Shown piece by piece: positions 7,664 to 17,592 of a DNA stretch of 64,000 nt (position 1 is its first letter; each line of letters begins with the position of its first letter). The notes beneath the pieces were generated by a model, which was not told where the DNA came from, ran no database searches, and saw only the letters and a program-made list of their open reading frames with translations. This stretch comes from a virus: the IMG/VR virus record IMGVR_UViG_3300045988_105383; one strand, given 5' to 3'. The position numbers were made by a program, and so were the translations under genes.

Positions 7664-10600
7664 TTATGCCTGCGCTTTGATTACAAGCGTCCGCGCAGCA
7701 TCTGCCAATTTCTTTACCGTCATCGTCTGTGCCTCTCGCTCCGTGATCGTCACGCCGCCGAGCTGATAGAGCGGCCCGTTATACTGCGTTCCGATGCTGT
7801 TGGAGCTGTAGGAGTTTGCCGCATTTGCACCATTTTGCGCTCCAAGCGTCATCCGGATGCCGCGCATAATGCGGTCGCTTTGAGTATCCCGTGCCGGCGA
7901 CAGCGCCTTCCAGTTTCCAAACCGCTGTTTCAAGAGTTCCGTGGTATCCGGGTCCGCCACAAATTCATCCCGTCCGGTCGCCTTGATCGCGCCCATTCCG
8001 CGCAGGATACCTCCGTTGTCGTATGCATCGTAGGTTCCACGGAAATTGTAGATGGTCTGATTTTTGTCGTACATCTGCGACTGGTAGCTTCCGTCTGGGT
8101 TTACCGCTGTAATAATGTACGTTCCGACCGCCGTCACGACCTTGTCTCCGACCGAAAGGCCCTTCGGAGCCTTTCCGGTTCCGCTTTCTACGCGGACTGT
8201 TCTTCCGCCGCGCGAACCGGAACTTCCGCCGCCGGACGGATATTGATTCGGCCCCGTGTATCCTCCGGGCACATCGTCATATGGACCCGTGTAGTTGTAG
8301 ATCGTCTGGTTCGGGTCTACTTTCTTCGATTCGTAGCTGCCGTCCGGATTCACTCCCGTGATTTCAAACGTACCGCCGCCGGTGACGACCTGATCTCCAA
8401 CGTTCAATCCAGCCGGTGCCTTGCCGCCGGGAAGGACGCGAACGATCTTCTTTACCGTCTCCGTAAACGAATTGAGCAGTTCCGAAACATCGATTCCGAA
8501 CGACTTAAAAAGCTCTGCGTTCTCCAGAATGATCTGGCGCAGCTCCGGCGTTGCATTTTTGAGGATGTCCTGCAGGATTTCGCCAATGCCGCGCGTCTTT
8601 TCCTTCAAGGAATCAAGGAACCGATCATATTGTGCTTCCAGCGCGTCATACTTGGCGTTGATCGCGTCCTTCTGCGCTTCCAGCTCTGCCAGCCGTGCGT
8701 CATAGGCCGCCTGATCCTGAAAATCTTCAAGGTCTTTTCTGGCTTTGTCCAGCGCCTCCTGCGCATCATCAATGTCCTTCTGATTTGCGACCCATTCCCA
8801 CTGACCAGAGGACGAGTTATACTGCCGGACCGTCCGCTCCGCCTGCGCTGCGGCCAAATCCGCCTCTGCCTGCTGAATGGCGAGCAGCTTCTCTTCCAGC
8901 TCGACCTGCTTGTCCTTCTCATCCTTCTGCTTTTTCAGCGCATCGATCTGATCGTCGATGGCCTTCAGCTCAGCATCCCGTGCGTCCTGCTGCCGGTTGA
9001 GCGCGTCCTGAAGCGCATTTTTCAGCTCATCAAGAAGGTCCGCAGAGTCCTCCAGTTCTCCGTTGATCTTCTTCTGCCAGTCCCACCATTCCGCAGAAAG
9101 ATCATTGATGTCCGCCTCATTGCCGCCGATGCTCCGGAGATACTGTGCCTGCGCATGGAGCGCCTGCTGGATCTCTTTCATCTTGGCCTTCTGCTCGTCG
9201 GCACTCTTCCCCTGCTTTTCCATCAGGGTCAGTTCCGATTTCAGCAGAGACACCCGATCCTTCAGCGCCTCCAGCCTTGTGTCCGTGCCGCTTCCGCCTC
9301 CGCCAGACGTGGAAGTAGAGGTATCAGTCTTGGAAAAATCGAGCTGATTGTAGAGATTCTGGAGATATTTGGCTTCGGCCTCCGCCCGCGTTTTCGCCTG
9401 CCCCGTTTGAAGATAGCCAGAAATTGTCCGTTCTGCATTACTTGCCGAGGTCCCACCATATGCCGCCAGCATTGCAATCGACGCAGCAGTCGCGCCAGCC
9501 GCCTGACCAAGCGCAACAACTGCAGCAATCTGCTGTTCCAGATTCAGGCTTGTACTGTTGAGCTTGATTTCCTCCAAAACCAGCTCACGCACCGCCTGTC
9601 CTGTTTTGGCGCTCTGTTTGGCCTCATCCATCAAACTGGAAACGAAAGCCTCAGCCGACACGTTCGCGTCATCTGTCACACCGATTTGATCGTTTGTAGC
9701 CTCAATGTCCTCATAGATGGCAGAAACCAAGTCTCGAAGCGTGTCTTGTGTGATCTTGAGTTTTCCGTTTTCATCAATGAGAACATTGATGTAACCCTCG
9801 CTCATACCAAGAAGGGATTGCAGGGTTGAAGCTGTAATCTTGCCGACTCGCTGATACTCATCGAGTGCCGCATTCGCCGTTTTCAGGTCATTCTTCTGCG
9901 ATGTCAGAGCCTTTGCCGCATCCTGCAACTGTTCGGCCAGCGTTTTTTGGTTTTCCGCCGCTTCCCCGGCAACATCCGCATATTCTCCGGCCGCACCAGC
10001 TGCCTCATGTGCTGCATCTTCAGCCTTCAAGTAGCTTTCAAGCGTCCCATTCTGTGCCGCCGCCAGAGCGCCTTCCAAATAACTCTGATTCTCAATGGCA
10101 CTGTTATACGCCTCGATCAACGGCTGAAGCTCAGTCAGTTCTTTTACAATGTTGTTGTATTTTACGCTGCTGGTATCGCCAGAATCGATCAGCTCGTTCC
10201 GCTCCTTCATCAGCGCATCATAATAAGCTGTGATCTCGCTGACGTCATTCTGTCCAATACCGAAGAACTGGAAATCGCTTGCGCCCTTCAGGTCACTTTC
10301 TGCCGCGGCCACCGCAGCTTTCGCATCATAAAGAGCACTTTCGATCTGCGCCGCAGTTGCATTCCGAATCGACTGGTCAAGCTCATCATAAGAATCTGAA
10401 AGCGCATCCACGCCCGCCTTCTCAATCCCGAGCTTTTTCGTCAGCGTTTCCGAAATGTTCAAAAATTCGTCTTTTGATCCAGAACCGTCATCAACCGCTT
10501 TTTTTAGGTCATTATAATTCTGATAAAGGGAAACGACCTCCTTCGCTTCTTCTGTGGAAGCCTCTCCTGTCTCTATCGCCGCCTGCCTTGCTTCTTCCTC

Positions 10601-13054
10601 TGCCTTTTTGATCTTGTTGAATGCGATCACGGCGATGGAGATTGCCGCCACGACTCCGCCCACAAGAAGCTGCGTACTGGTCAGAGAAAGATTGAGGGCC
10701 TTCATCCCAGCGTCAAAACCAGCAGCGCCGCCTTTTGCCGCACTAAATAGCATCGGCAGCGCTCCAAGCACGGATTTCAGCGTTCCAAGTGCCGAAACCA
10801 CGCTGTTCCATTTCAGCGTCAGAAGCGTTCCGCCAAAAACTAAGATGACGTTCCCAAGGTTGTCAAATCCGTCGATCAGCCACGTGATTCCATCCAGAAG
10901 GCCCTTGATCCAATCCGTATCGACGGTCTTCGCAATAAACTCAACCCAAGTATTTCTGAGAATTTCTGCCTTTTTATCCCAGCTTTCCAGCATGATACCG
11001 AGTTCTTCATCGGCACTACCGGCAGCGTCTTTCAAAATCTCCAACATCTCACTTGTCATGTCGAAGTTTTTAATGAGCGCGTCGAGCTGGTTCGTGCGGA
11101 GCTTTCCGCCGAGGTCAGATTCGATCTGTGCGAGCTCTGCCTGCGTCAGCAAACCATCCTTATACGCTTTCGCCAGACTTGCAATGGCTTCCATCGGGTC
11201 AACGAGTGTGCCGAAAGCCTGGGCATCCTTCATCGCATCCTCTGCATAAATCCAGAGCGCATCACTGAGGCTTTCTACTTCCTTCTTCGTCCAGCTTACG
11301 CCATCGGCGATCTCCGTCTTCGTGTCGCCCATGATGTTCAATATGAGCGCCCGAAGCGCAGTAGCAGCTTTTGTGCCGGATTCCTGCGTAACAGCTGTGA
11401 TCGTTCCGAGAGCCGCCATCAGCTCATCGATGTCCATGTTCGCCATCGACGCAACATTAGCTACGATGGGGAAACCTTCGGCCATCTTCTGAATCGAGGT
11501 CGCATAGTTGTTTTCAATGACGTTGGCCTTGTCCAGTACGGTCGAAAGCCTTGTGACGTTGCCCTCCATCTTGTAGGCCGCATCCGCTGAGAGCAGGAAC
11601 TGGTTCGCTGTCTCCGCATTCACGTCACCGACGAGCTGCGTCTTTGTCGCCAGCTCCGCCATATCCTCTGAAAGTTCCTTGTAACCAGCCTTGGCAAATG
11701 TACCCGTCGATTCCAGATAATCCGTCACGGCCACGCCATACTGCGAAGCCACTTCATATGCGTGCTCGCTGAGTTTTGCCATCTCCGCATCGGTGTTGTT
11801 TGTCACCTTCTGGATGGCGGTCAGCTCTGTATCGACCTCTTTCAGAACGGAAACCGCCTCGCGGAACATCCCAATCACTTTCGCAACGGAAGCATTGATG
11901 ACCTGCCACGCAACGATCTTTTTTACAATGTTAGTAAGGCTGTCACCGAGAATATTTGTGGAGTTCTTCAGCTTTTCCGTATCTGCCCTCGTCTGAGCGA
12001 ATTCAGACTGCAAGCCTTTTAAGCCAGTTTTCGCCTCATCCACGCCGCGGACATAATCCTCATAGCTGACTGTCCCATCTGCCAGCCCAGCATCCAGCGC
12101 GCGAAGACTTTCCCGAGCCGAGGAGACGCCATCGGCAATTTCGTCAAATGTCCCTTTCGGATATTTGTCTGCTGCACTTTCAATGGACCGTGCCAAATCG
12201 GCATACTGCTTCTGCAGCGTCGGCATATTTTTCTGTGCCGATTCAAAAATCTTGTCCTGCCCATCCAGCCAGCTGTCGTACCAGGCAACTTCCTTCTTCG
12301 TGCTCTCTGCGATCTGCTGTTCGGCATCGGCCTGCTGCTTGGCATACTCTGCCCATGCGCGGTCCGTCTCAGAAATAATTCTCTGCTGATTCTCAAGCTC
12401 CGCATTATAGGAGCGCCACATATCGCCTTCTTGGCGCTGCTGCAAGGCAGCCGCAGCCTTTTCCGCCGCGTCCGCTTGTTTGTTGTAAAGCTCGATCTCT
12501 TTCTGCGTCTGCGCTGCGACCTTCTGCTCCGCCTTTTCCTGCTTGGCCGCATAATCGTCAAGCCCCTTGGAAACCTCGCCAAGCACCTTCGCCTGCTGTT
12601 CCAGCTCGGCGTTGTGCTGCGCCCACATATCGTCTTCCTGCTGCTGGCGCAGTTTTTCTGCCTGCTCGGCAGCTTTCTGAGCTGCCTGAGCCATCTTGTC
12701 ATAGTTGGCCGTGGTCTTAGTCTGCACAGTTGTGTAAGACTGCGTTTCCTCATCCAGTGTCCGGATGATCTCGGTCGTCCGGCCAAGTCCGTTGTTCACG
12801 ATCTCAATGGTCCTTGCCGGCGCGCCATCCGCCACGCCATCCCATATTTTAGTAAATTTTCCGTTCAGGCCACCGACATTCTGTTCCATCGTCTTGATCG
12901 ACGCATTAAACTTGTTGATGGCCTCCATACCGGAGGACTCCACACTAATTGAGAGTTTCTGGCCTTTGAGCGAGTTGACATCCTTAATCAGCGTATCAAG
13001 CTGATTCCGGACGACCTCAACCTGCAACTGAACTCTGTCGACGTTTCCCGCCAT
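7664..13054 (-). CDS. Tail tape measure protein
   Basis: About 1800 aa; long coiled-coil segments; TP901-type core (ATSIQKMAEGFPIVANVASMANMDIDELMAALGTITAVTQESGTKAATALRALI); hydrophobic segment; start at MAGNVD behind GGAGGG. Confidence 0.85.
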   Translation of the reverse strand: MAGNVDRVQLQVEVVRNQLDTLIKDVNSLKGQKLSISVESSGMEAINKFNASIKTMEQNVGGLNGKFTKIWDGVADGAPARTIEIVNNGLGRTTEIIRTLDEETQSYTTVQTKTTANYDKMAQAAQKAAEQAEKLRQQQEDDMWAQHNAELEQQAKVLGEVSKGLDDYAAKQEKAEQKVAAQTQKEIELYNKQADAAEKAAAALQQRQEGDMWRSYNAELENQQRIISETDRAWAEYAKQQADAEQQIAESTKKEVAWYDSWLDGQDKIFESAQKNMPTLQKQYADLARSIESAADKYPKGTFDEIADGVSSARESLRALDAGLADGTVSYEDYVRGVDEAKTGLKGLQSEFAQTRADTEKLKNSTNILGDSLTNIVKKIVAWQVINASVAKVIGMFREAVSVLKEVDTELTAIQKVTNNTDAEMAKLSEHAYEVASQYGVAVTDYLESTGTFAKAGYKELSEDMAELATKTQLVGDVNAETANQFLLSADAAYKMEGNVTRLSTVLDKANVIENNYATSIQKMAEGFPIVANVASMANMDIDELMAALGTITAVTQESGTKAATALRALILNIMGDTKTEIADGVSWTKKEVESLSDALWIYAEDAMKDAQAFGTLVDPMEAIASLAKAYKDGLLTQAELAQIESDLGGKLRTNQLDALIKNFDMTSEMLEILKDAAGSADEELGIMLESWDKKAEILRNTWVEFIAKTVDTDWIKGLLDGITWLIDGFDNLGNVILVFGGTLLTLKWNSVVSALGTLKSVLGALPMLFSAAKGGAAGFDAGMKALNLSLTSTQLLVGGVVAAISIAVIAFNKIKKAEEEARQAAIETGEASTEEAKEVVSLYQNYNDLKKAVDDGSGSKDEFLNISETLTKKLGIEKAGVDALSDSYDELDQSIRNATAAQIESALYDAKAAVAAAESDLKGASDFQFFGIGQNDVSEITAYYDALMKERNELIDSGDTSSVKYNNIVKELTELQPLIEAYNSAIENQSYLEGALAAAQNGTLESYLKAEDAAHEAAGAAGEYADVAGEAAENQKTLAEQLQDAAKALTSQKNDLKTANAALDEYQRVGKITASTLQSLLGMSEGYINVLIDENGKLKITQDTLRDLVSAIYEDIEATNDQIGVTDDANVSAEAFVSSLMDEAKQSAKTGQAVRELVLEEIKLNSTSLNLEQQIAAVVALGQAAGATAASIAMLAAYGGTSASNAERTISGYLQTGQAKTRAEAEAKYLQNLYNQLDFSKTDTSTSTSGGGGSGTDTRLEALKDRVSLLKSELTLMEKQGKSADEQKAKMKEIQQALHAQAQYLRSIGGNEADINDLSAEWWDWQKKINGELEDSADLLDELKNALQDALNRQQDARDAELKAIDDQIDALKKQKDEKDKQVELEEKLLAIQQAEADLAAAQAERTVRQYNSSSGQWEWVANQKDIDDAQEALDKARKDLEDFQDQAAYDARLAELEAQKDAINAKYDALEAQYDRFLDSLKEKTRGIGEILQDILKNATPELRQIILENAELFKSFGIDVSELLNSFTETVKKIVRVLPGGKAPAGLNVGDQVVTGGGTFEITGVNPDGSYESKKVDPNQTIYNYTGPYDDVPGGYTGPNQYPSGGGSSGSRGGRTVRVESGTGKAPKGLSVGDKVVTAVGTYIITAVNPDGSYQSQMYDKNQTIYNFRGTYDAYDNGGILRGMGAIKATGRDEFVADPDTTELLKQRFGNWKALSPARDTQSDRIMRGIRMTLGAQNGANAANSYSSNSIGTQYNGPLYQLGGVTITEREAQTMTVKKLADAARTLVIKAQA

Positions 13055-13068
13055 CTTGCACCCTCCAA

Positions 13069-13521
13069 TCAGTCTTTTACTGTAAATCCAGCCCCACGCA
13101 GCGCGGAAATCAGCGCTCCCTCGAACCATCCGCTCTGGACGACTTCCTCCTGCGCTTTTTCATGAAACGGACGAGGTTTTTGCCCGTCCCAAGGGAATTT
13201 ATATCCTTCGCCGCTTTCCACCACCGGCGCGATAAGCCGTCCTGTTTCATCGTCCCGGCTCATATCCTGCACTTCCAGTGTCATCGTCGCCGGGTCGTAG
13301 GTCGCAACCATCACATCTTTGTTCTGCGACTGCAAGCCGCCATCCACAGGCCCACGGCGCTTGTACATATGTGGCTGATATTCGTCATAGACTTCGGTTT
13401 CGACCGCATTGGAAAGCGCCACACGAACCATGGCTGCAACATCATTTTCCATTGCCTGACCGACAGCCGCGTTGAGCTTTGCATTGAACTGCGCCACAAT
13501 ATCCTCAATCGCCATATTCAC
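13069..13521 (-). CDS. HK97 gp10-like tail-completion/neck protein candidate
   Basis: 150 aa; VVESGEGY...KPRPFHEKA resembles the vEfG...PF motif of the gp10 family; sits just upstream of tape measure. Confidence 0.4.
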   Translation of the reverse strand: MNMAIEDIVAQFNAKLNAAVGQAMENDVAAMVRVALSNAVETEVYDEYQPHMYKRRGPVDGGLQSQNKDVMVATYDPATMTLEVQDMSRDDETGRLIAPVVESGEGYKFPWDGQKPRPFHEKAQEEVVQSGWFEGALISALRGAGFTVKD

Positions 13522-13613
13522 GCGCCTCCCTCTGAAAAATGCGCCAACCCGCCAATTCCTTGATGGATTCGCGCATTCCCCGGAGAGGCTTTCGCCCCTC
13601 CGGGCATTTTTGC

Positions 13614-14738
13614 TTACGACTGTACCGTCACAGTGCAGGAATCGGTGAAGGTCTTTCCGCCGACTTCATAGTTGACCGTGAGAGAGCCATCTCCTGCGGT
13701 TGCTCCGCTCGTGAGAAGGCCGCTGTCCGAAACAGTGAGGCCAGTCACGCCGGAAGCAGAATAGGTGCAGAGGCTCGGAGACAGGTCGACCAGCTGGCCG
13801 TTCTCCATGATGGCCTTCGGCTGCACCTGCATGGTAGAGCTCTTGGCCATGGTGATTACGCCGCCAATCTTTGCGATGATACCCTGATAGCTGTCTGCGT
13901 TGCTTTCGCAGGGGACATAGATGTAGTACGCAAGATCGGAACCACCGCCGTTGCAGTCTTCGCAGTTCTCAGAGATCACGTCAGAGTCATAGATGACCGC
14001 CTGGCCGGACATGGACGTGGTATCGTTGTTGGTCTGGTCGCCAACCACACCGCCGTTTGCGCCGAACTTCAGCGACGGAATGATGACATACAGCGTACCA
14101 ACTCGCGTGCCCTCGTTCTGCGCAGAGCCAGACTCATTGGCATAAACCGCCATTGCTGCAGTGAAATGAACGACCTTCGGGTCGAGCATGGAGGTGATGG
14201 TGGCGATCTGCGCATCCGCCCGATTCACGAAATACCAGACCTTATAGGTCTTGCCGGTTTCTGCCGTAAAGCCAGAGACAGCGCCCGTTGCCGGGTCGAT
14301 GCTGTATGCCTTGCCGCCGGTGGAGATCAGGGAACCAGCGCCCACCTCCTGCACATAGCAGCAGATTCTCGTCATGCCCTGCTGTGCAACCGGCGTTCCC
14401 TTGGTGACATCCGCAGACAGCGCCGTGCTTTCGGCAGTAACGTTCTGGCAGGTCATGACGGGTGCGGAATACTTCAGCGTCGCACCAACCTGTGCTGCCT
14501 TGCCCCAGAGCGAGAAGTCCGCAGCCGTAAATTCCACGTTGACCGCCGCATCGGACGGGATGATGGCCGCAACTGCATTGCCAAGGCCCGCGCGGATTTC
14601 GCCCATCGTAACGCCGGTGGTCACGTTGCCGGTCTGGAACTTGTTGGAGTAATACATGATGTCGCCCGTTGCTTTATCCGTACAGATGGCTTCGGACGTA
14701 CCCTTGAGATAAAGTCTCTTATCAGTGAAATGAATCAT
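13614..14738 (-). CDS. Major tail (tube) protein candidate with C-terminal Ig-like domain
   Basis: 374 aa; position upstream of tape measure; C-terminal roughly 80 aa Big_2-like (ASGVTGLTVSDSGLLTSGATAGDGSLTV...CTVTV). Confidence 0.55.
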   Translation of the reverse strand: MIHFTDKRLYLKGTSEAICTDKATGDIMYYSNKFQTGNVTTGVTMGEIRAGLGNAVAAIIPSDAAVNVEFTAADFSLWGKAAQVGATLKYSAPVMTCQNVTAESTALSADVTKGTPVAQQGMTRICCYVQEVGAGSLISTGGKAYSIDPATGAVSGFTAETGKTYKVWYFVNRADAQIATITSMLDPKVVHFTAAMAVYANESGSAQNEGTRVGTLYVIIPSLKFGANGGVVGDQTNNDTTSMSGQAVIYDSDVISENCEDCNGGGSDLAYYIYVPCESNADSYQGIIAKIGGVITMAKSSTMQVQPKAIMENGQLVDLSPSLCTYSASGVTGLTVSDSGLLTSGATAGDGSLTVNYEVGGKTFTDSCTVTVQS

Positions 14739-14775
14739 TTACTTTCACTCCTTTGTCGAAATGATTTTGAGTTTC

Positions 14776-15609
14776 TTACGTTGTGCGGCTTCCCGCATTT
14801 TGAACGGCCCGCATACCGGCTCCACCGGCAAAGCTCTCCATTGCAATCACACCGCCGGAGCCGTTGTCTTCTTTGGCGAAAAGCGGACTTGGGAACGGGT
14901 TTCCGCCCTTCCACTTAGCCCCCTGCGCCTCTGCCACGCCGCATAGCAGATAGCCCATCATTCTCCGCAATGCCTCTTTTCGCCGCGTCAGTTTCAAGAT
15001 CGGCCAGTCGTACATCTTCGTTTCATCCTCACCGCTTACCAGCGCGATTGATGCCATCATGCTCTCCAGTCGGTAATCCAGTTTCGGGGCATTCATCTCC
15101 GCAAGGTCCCTCTCCGCCTGCACCAGTTCAGGGTTGGCATTCTCCGAAACCAGTTCAATGCCGTTCTGGGCAGCTATGATCGGTCGAATGCGCTGAAATT
15201 GCACCGGTGTCACCCGCATCACCCGTCCGTTATCCTCAATCTGGACCGAATCAAGAACACGTGGGTCACTCTCTTTATGACAAATTTTTGCGCACTCCAT
15301 CCGTTCGCCGAAATCCTTCTCCTCTCCAACTCTCATCGATAGGAGCAGGAACAAAATGCTTTGATAAAGCAGTCCGACGCTCGGTTTTCCTTGCACCGCA
15401 GCCTCGAATTCTAACGTGTAGAACGCCTGCAGCAGCGGTTTCGACATCAAAGCCACAGGGAGGCTCTGCTGCATAAACTCGATTGCTGCCCGCGTCATGG
15501 AAAACGCTTCAAATTCTCGCACGCGGATTGGATATAGGGTCAGGCCCTCCGCCTCGATGGGCTTGTACTGCGAAACAGCCTGAACCATATTCAAAGGGAG
15601 TCCATTCAT
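14776..15609 (-). CDS. Virion morphogenesis protein, function unknown
   Basis: 277 aa from MNGLPL behind GGGAGGAAAAGG; inside the head-to-tail block. Confidence 0.45.
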   Translation of the reverse strand: MNGLPLNMVQAVSQYKPIEAEGLTLYPIRVREFEAFSMTRAAIEFMQQSLPVALMSKPLLQAFYTLEFEAAVQGKPSVGLLYQSILFLLLSMRVGEEKDFGERMECAKICHKESDPRVLDSVQIEDNGRVMRVTPVQFQRIRPIIAAQNGIELVSENANPELVQAERDLAEMNAPKLDYRLESMMASIALVSGEDETKMYDWPILKLTRRKEALRRMMGYLLCGVAEAQGAKWKGGNPFPSPLFAKEDNGSGGVIAMESFAGGAGMRAVQNAGSRTT

Positions 15610-15719
15610 GTTTTCCTTTTCCTCCCGGTTTGAAGAATAAAAAATGGAGCACAACGGCTTATCGCCGTCATGCTCCTCTCAGCCTTCCTGCCGCGCTCTT
15701 CCGCAGCAGGGATTCTGTA

Positions 15720-16421
15720 TCAAATTGTGTCTTCCTCAGCAGGAATATCCATTTCGCTGTCGCACCATTCGATGCTCATTTTGAGTCTTCGGCCGACGAG
15801 AGTTCCATACGTGAAGATGCTCTCACTTCCGTTGTCCGGATGTGCATACCGGCTGAAATCCACCACGCCGATTCCGGACATGTTCACCCCGTGCAGTGCC
15901 TCGATGATGCACTGCTCGATGTCATAGGCGCGGGAATAAGCGTCCGTCCTCGTCGTGTTCTCCAGATTCACATTCACCAGTATCTCGAACGTCAGCCCGA
16001 AGATCGTGTGAAAATTGTCTTTTGCGACCGTCCTGCCCAAATAGCACTTGAGCGTGGTCGCCGCCTCGGTCTCGCTCTGTCCCCAGACTCTCTGTGGATA
16101 GATGCGATATCCTTTCGGGTGCTTTTTCCGCAGCTCCTCTCCGTTCAGGACCGGTTCATCGCCGTCAAATAGCATCGAGAGCTTTTCATTGGGAGTCGGA
16201 AGCGCATTGCTCAGCGGCCTTGCTCCATCGTACCAGAGATATTTCGCAAGCCTTACGCGCGCCCTTTTGTTGTCATCCACTGGGAAATATCCGTTTGCGT
16301 CCGGCAGATCAAGCAGATACATCAACACCTGCTTCGGAATATTCTCAGAACCGCGAAGCCGGTTGAATCCCGACTGGACTCGATCAAATGGATAGGTGTC
16401 GGAGTTGAACGATGCGCTCAT
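15720..16421 (-). CDS. Virion morphogenesis protein, function unknown
   Basis: 233 aa from MSASFN; stop-start overlap with upstream gene. Confidence 0.45.
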   Translation of the reverse strand: MSASFNSDTYPFDRVQSGFNRLRGSENIPKQVLMYLLDLPDANGYFPVDDNKRARVRLAKYLWYDGARPLSNALPTPNEKLSMLFDGDEPVLNGEELRKKHPKGYRIYPQRVWGQSETEAATTLKCYLGRTVAKDNFHTIFGLTFEILVNVNLENTTRTDAYSRAYDIEQCIIEALHGVNMSGIGVVDFSRYAHPDNGSESIFTYGTLVGRRLKMSIEWCDSEMDIPAEEDTI

Positions 16422-16422
16422 C

Positions 16423-16998
16423 TCAGGCCCCACCGCCGATCTTCTTGGCCGCATAGTCCTGCAGTTCCTTCTGCACGCCTTCCAGTTCCTGCTTCAGCGC
16501 CTGCATTGCCTCCGGTGTTGTCTGCTGGCCGATGGCTGTCATGATGCGCGACACTGGTTCATTCATCACCTGCAGCATTCCATAAATTTCGGAGTTCAGC
16601 CGCTTCTCCAAATCCTTGTAGTCCGCGAGGATGTCAAACGCTTTGTCGCGCACATCCGGACTGCCCTTCTTGAGCCGGTCGATCTGGTTGAAAACGTGGC
16701 TTCCGGCCCACCGGTCATATTCTTCTACGCTCATCAGCCAGGGACTTTCCTTCTCCGCATCGATCTCGGTTTTGCAGTAGAGCCGTGCAACCGCGCCCAT
16801 CAGCATCCGGCTCTTGATGCCGGTGTTCTCCTTGTAGAGCGGCGGAATCGGAAGGCTGTCAGAACCGTTCCTGATTTTGATCTCCATTCGGTCAAAGCAG
16901 CCGTCAGCCGCCTCTTTCACAAATCGCAGTTTTTCCCCTAGCGGGATATAGTCCCTCATTTCCAACAGTTTCTCCGCAGAAATCACAATCTTCTCCAT
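16423..16998 (-). CDS. Virion morphogenesis protein, function unknown
   Basis: 191-aa ORF with RBS GGAGAG; inside structural operon. Confidence 0.45.
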   Translation of the reverse strand: MEKIVISAEKLLEMRDYIPLGEKLRFVKEAADGCFDRMEIKIRNGSDSLPIPPLYKENTGIKSRMLMGAVARLYCKTEIDAEKESPWLMSVEEYDRWAGSHVFNQIDRLKKGSPDVRDKAFDILADYKDLEKRLNSEIYGMLQVMNEPVSRIMTAIGQQTTPEAMQALKQELEGVQKELQDYAAKKIGGGA

Positions 16999-17041
16999 GT
17001 TTTACTCTCCTTTCAGATTCCCATGGGCTGAACTACTTTAA

Positions 17042-17221
17042 CTATCCGCGTTCCTGTCCCCGAATTTCGCACTGGATTGCTCCTCCGGAAACTTCCCATC
17101 TTCGCGTGCGCTTGCACAGGTACTGATGTGCACACCAGTCCCTTTCGCTCTCTTTCTTTTCCAAAATTCTGCAATGCAGGCTCACATCTCCAGCTTTTCT
17201 ATATGCATACTTGCAATCCAT
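17042..17221 (-). CDS. Small Cys-rich ORF (59 aa), uncertain
   Basis: Own translation MDCKYAYRKAGDVSLHCRILEKKESERDWCAHQYLCKRTRRWEVSGGAIQCEIRGQERG; fills an otherwise 300-nt gap. Confidence 0.3.
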   Translation of the reverse strand: MDCKYAYRKAGDVSLHCRILEKKESERDWCAHQYLCKRTRRWEVSGGAIQCEIRGQERG

Positions 17222-17297
17222 CTTTTTGCCTTTCCTTCCGGACCGTCTCTACTGATCTTTCAGCAGCCTGTCCAGTCCTTTCTTACAATTCCTGCTC

Positions 17298-17573
17298 TTA
17301 TTTTGCCAGATTATCCATGATGGACATAGCATCAAGATAACTGACCTCTCCGTCACCGTTGACATCTGCCCGCTTCAGCGCGTCCTCGTCTAGCGGTGCG
17401 GTCCCTGCCAAATGATCCATGATAGCCGTGGCATCATTCTTATCTACCTGGCCGTCCCCGTTCACGTCCCCAACTGCGAGGGGTCGCTCCACATCCAATG
17501 CGCTGACCAACTCAGCGGGAATCTCCAGCTTCAGCTTCATACCGTTTTTCAGTTCCACATTTAATTTGTACAT
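17298..17573 (-). CDS. Stand-alone type I dockerin-domain protein
   Basis: Two Ca-binding F-hand repeats: DVNGDGQVDKNDATAIMDHL and DVNGDGEVSYLDAMSIMDNL in a 91-aa protein. Confidence 0.75.
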   Translation of the reverse strand: MYKLNVELKNGMKLKLEIPAELVSALDVERPLAVGDVNGDGQVDKNDATAIMDHLAGTAPLDEDALKRADVNGDGEVSYLDAMSIMDNLAK

Positions 17574-17592
17574 AATAATCTCCTTTCAAAAA

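Noticed and set aside
7835-9829. 664-aa plus-strand ORF, plus other long plus-strand ORFs 9865-12952
   Set aside because: They lie antisense to the tape measure gene. The Leu/Arg-rich low-complexity translation mirrors the coiled-coil codons of the real gene.
13069-13614. Tail assembly chaperone pair with programmed -1 frameshift between tube and tape measure genes
   Set aside because: Only one 150-aa ORF occupies this slot, and it looks gp10-like. I found no overlapping second frame and no slippery heptamer that I could defend.
13539-14918. 459-aa plus-strand ORF
   Set aside because: It lies antisense to the tube-like gene 13614-14738. Its composition is Arg/Gly/His-rich and it spans two real minus-strand genes.
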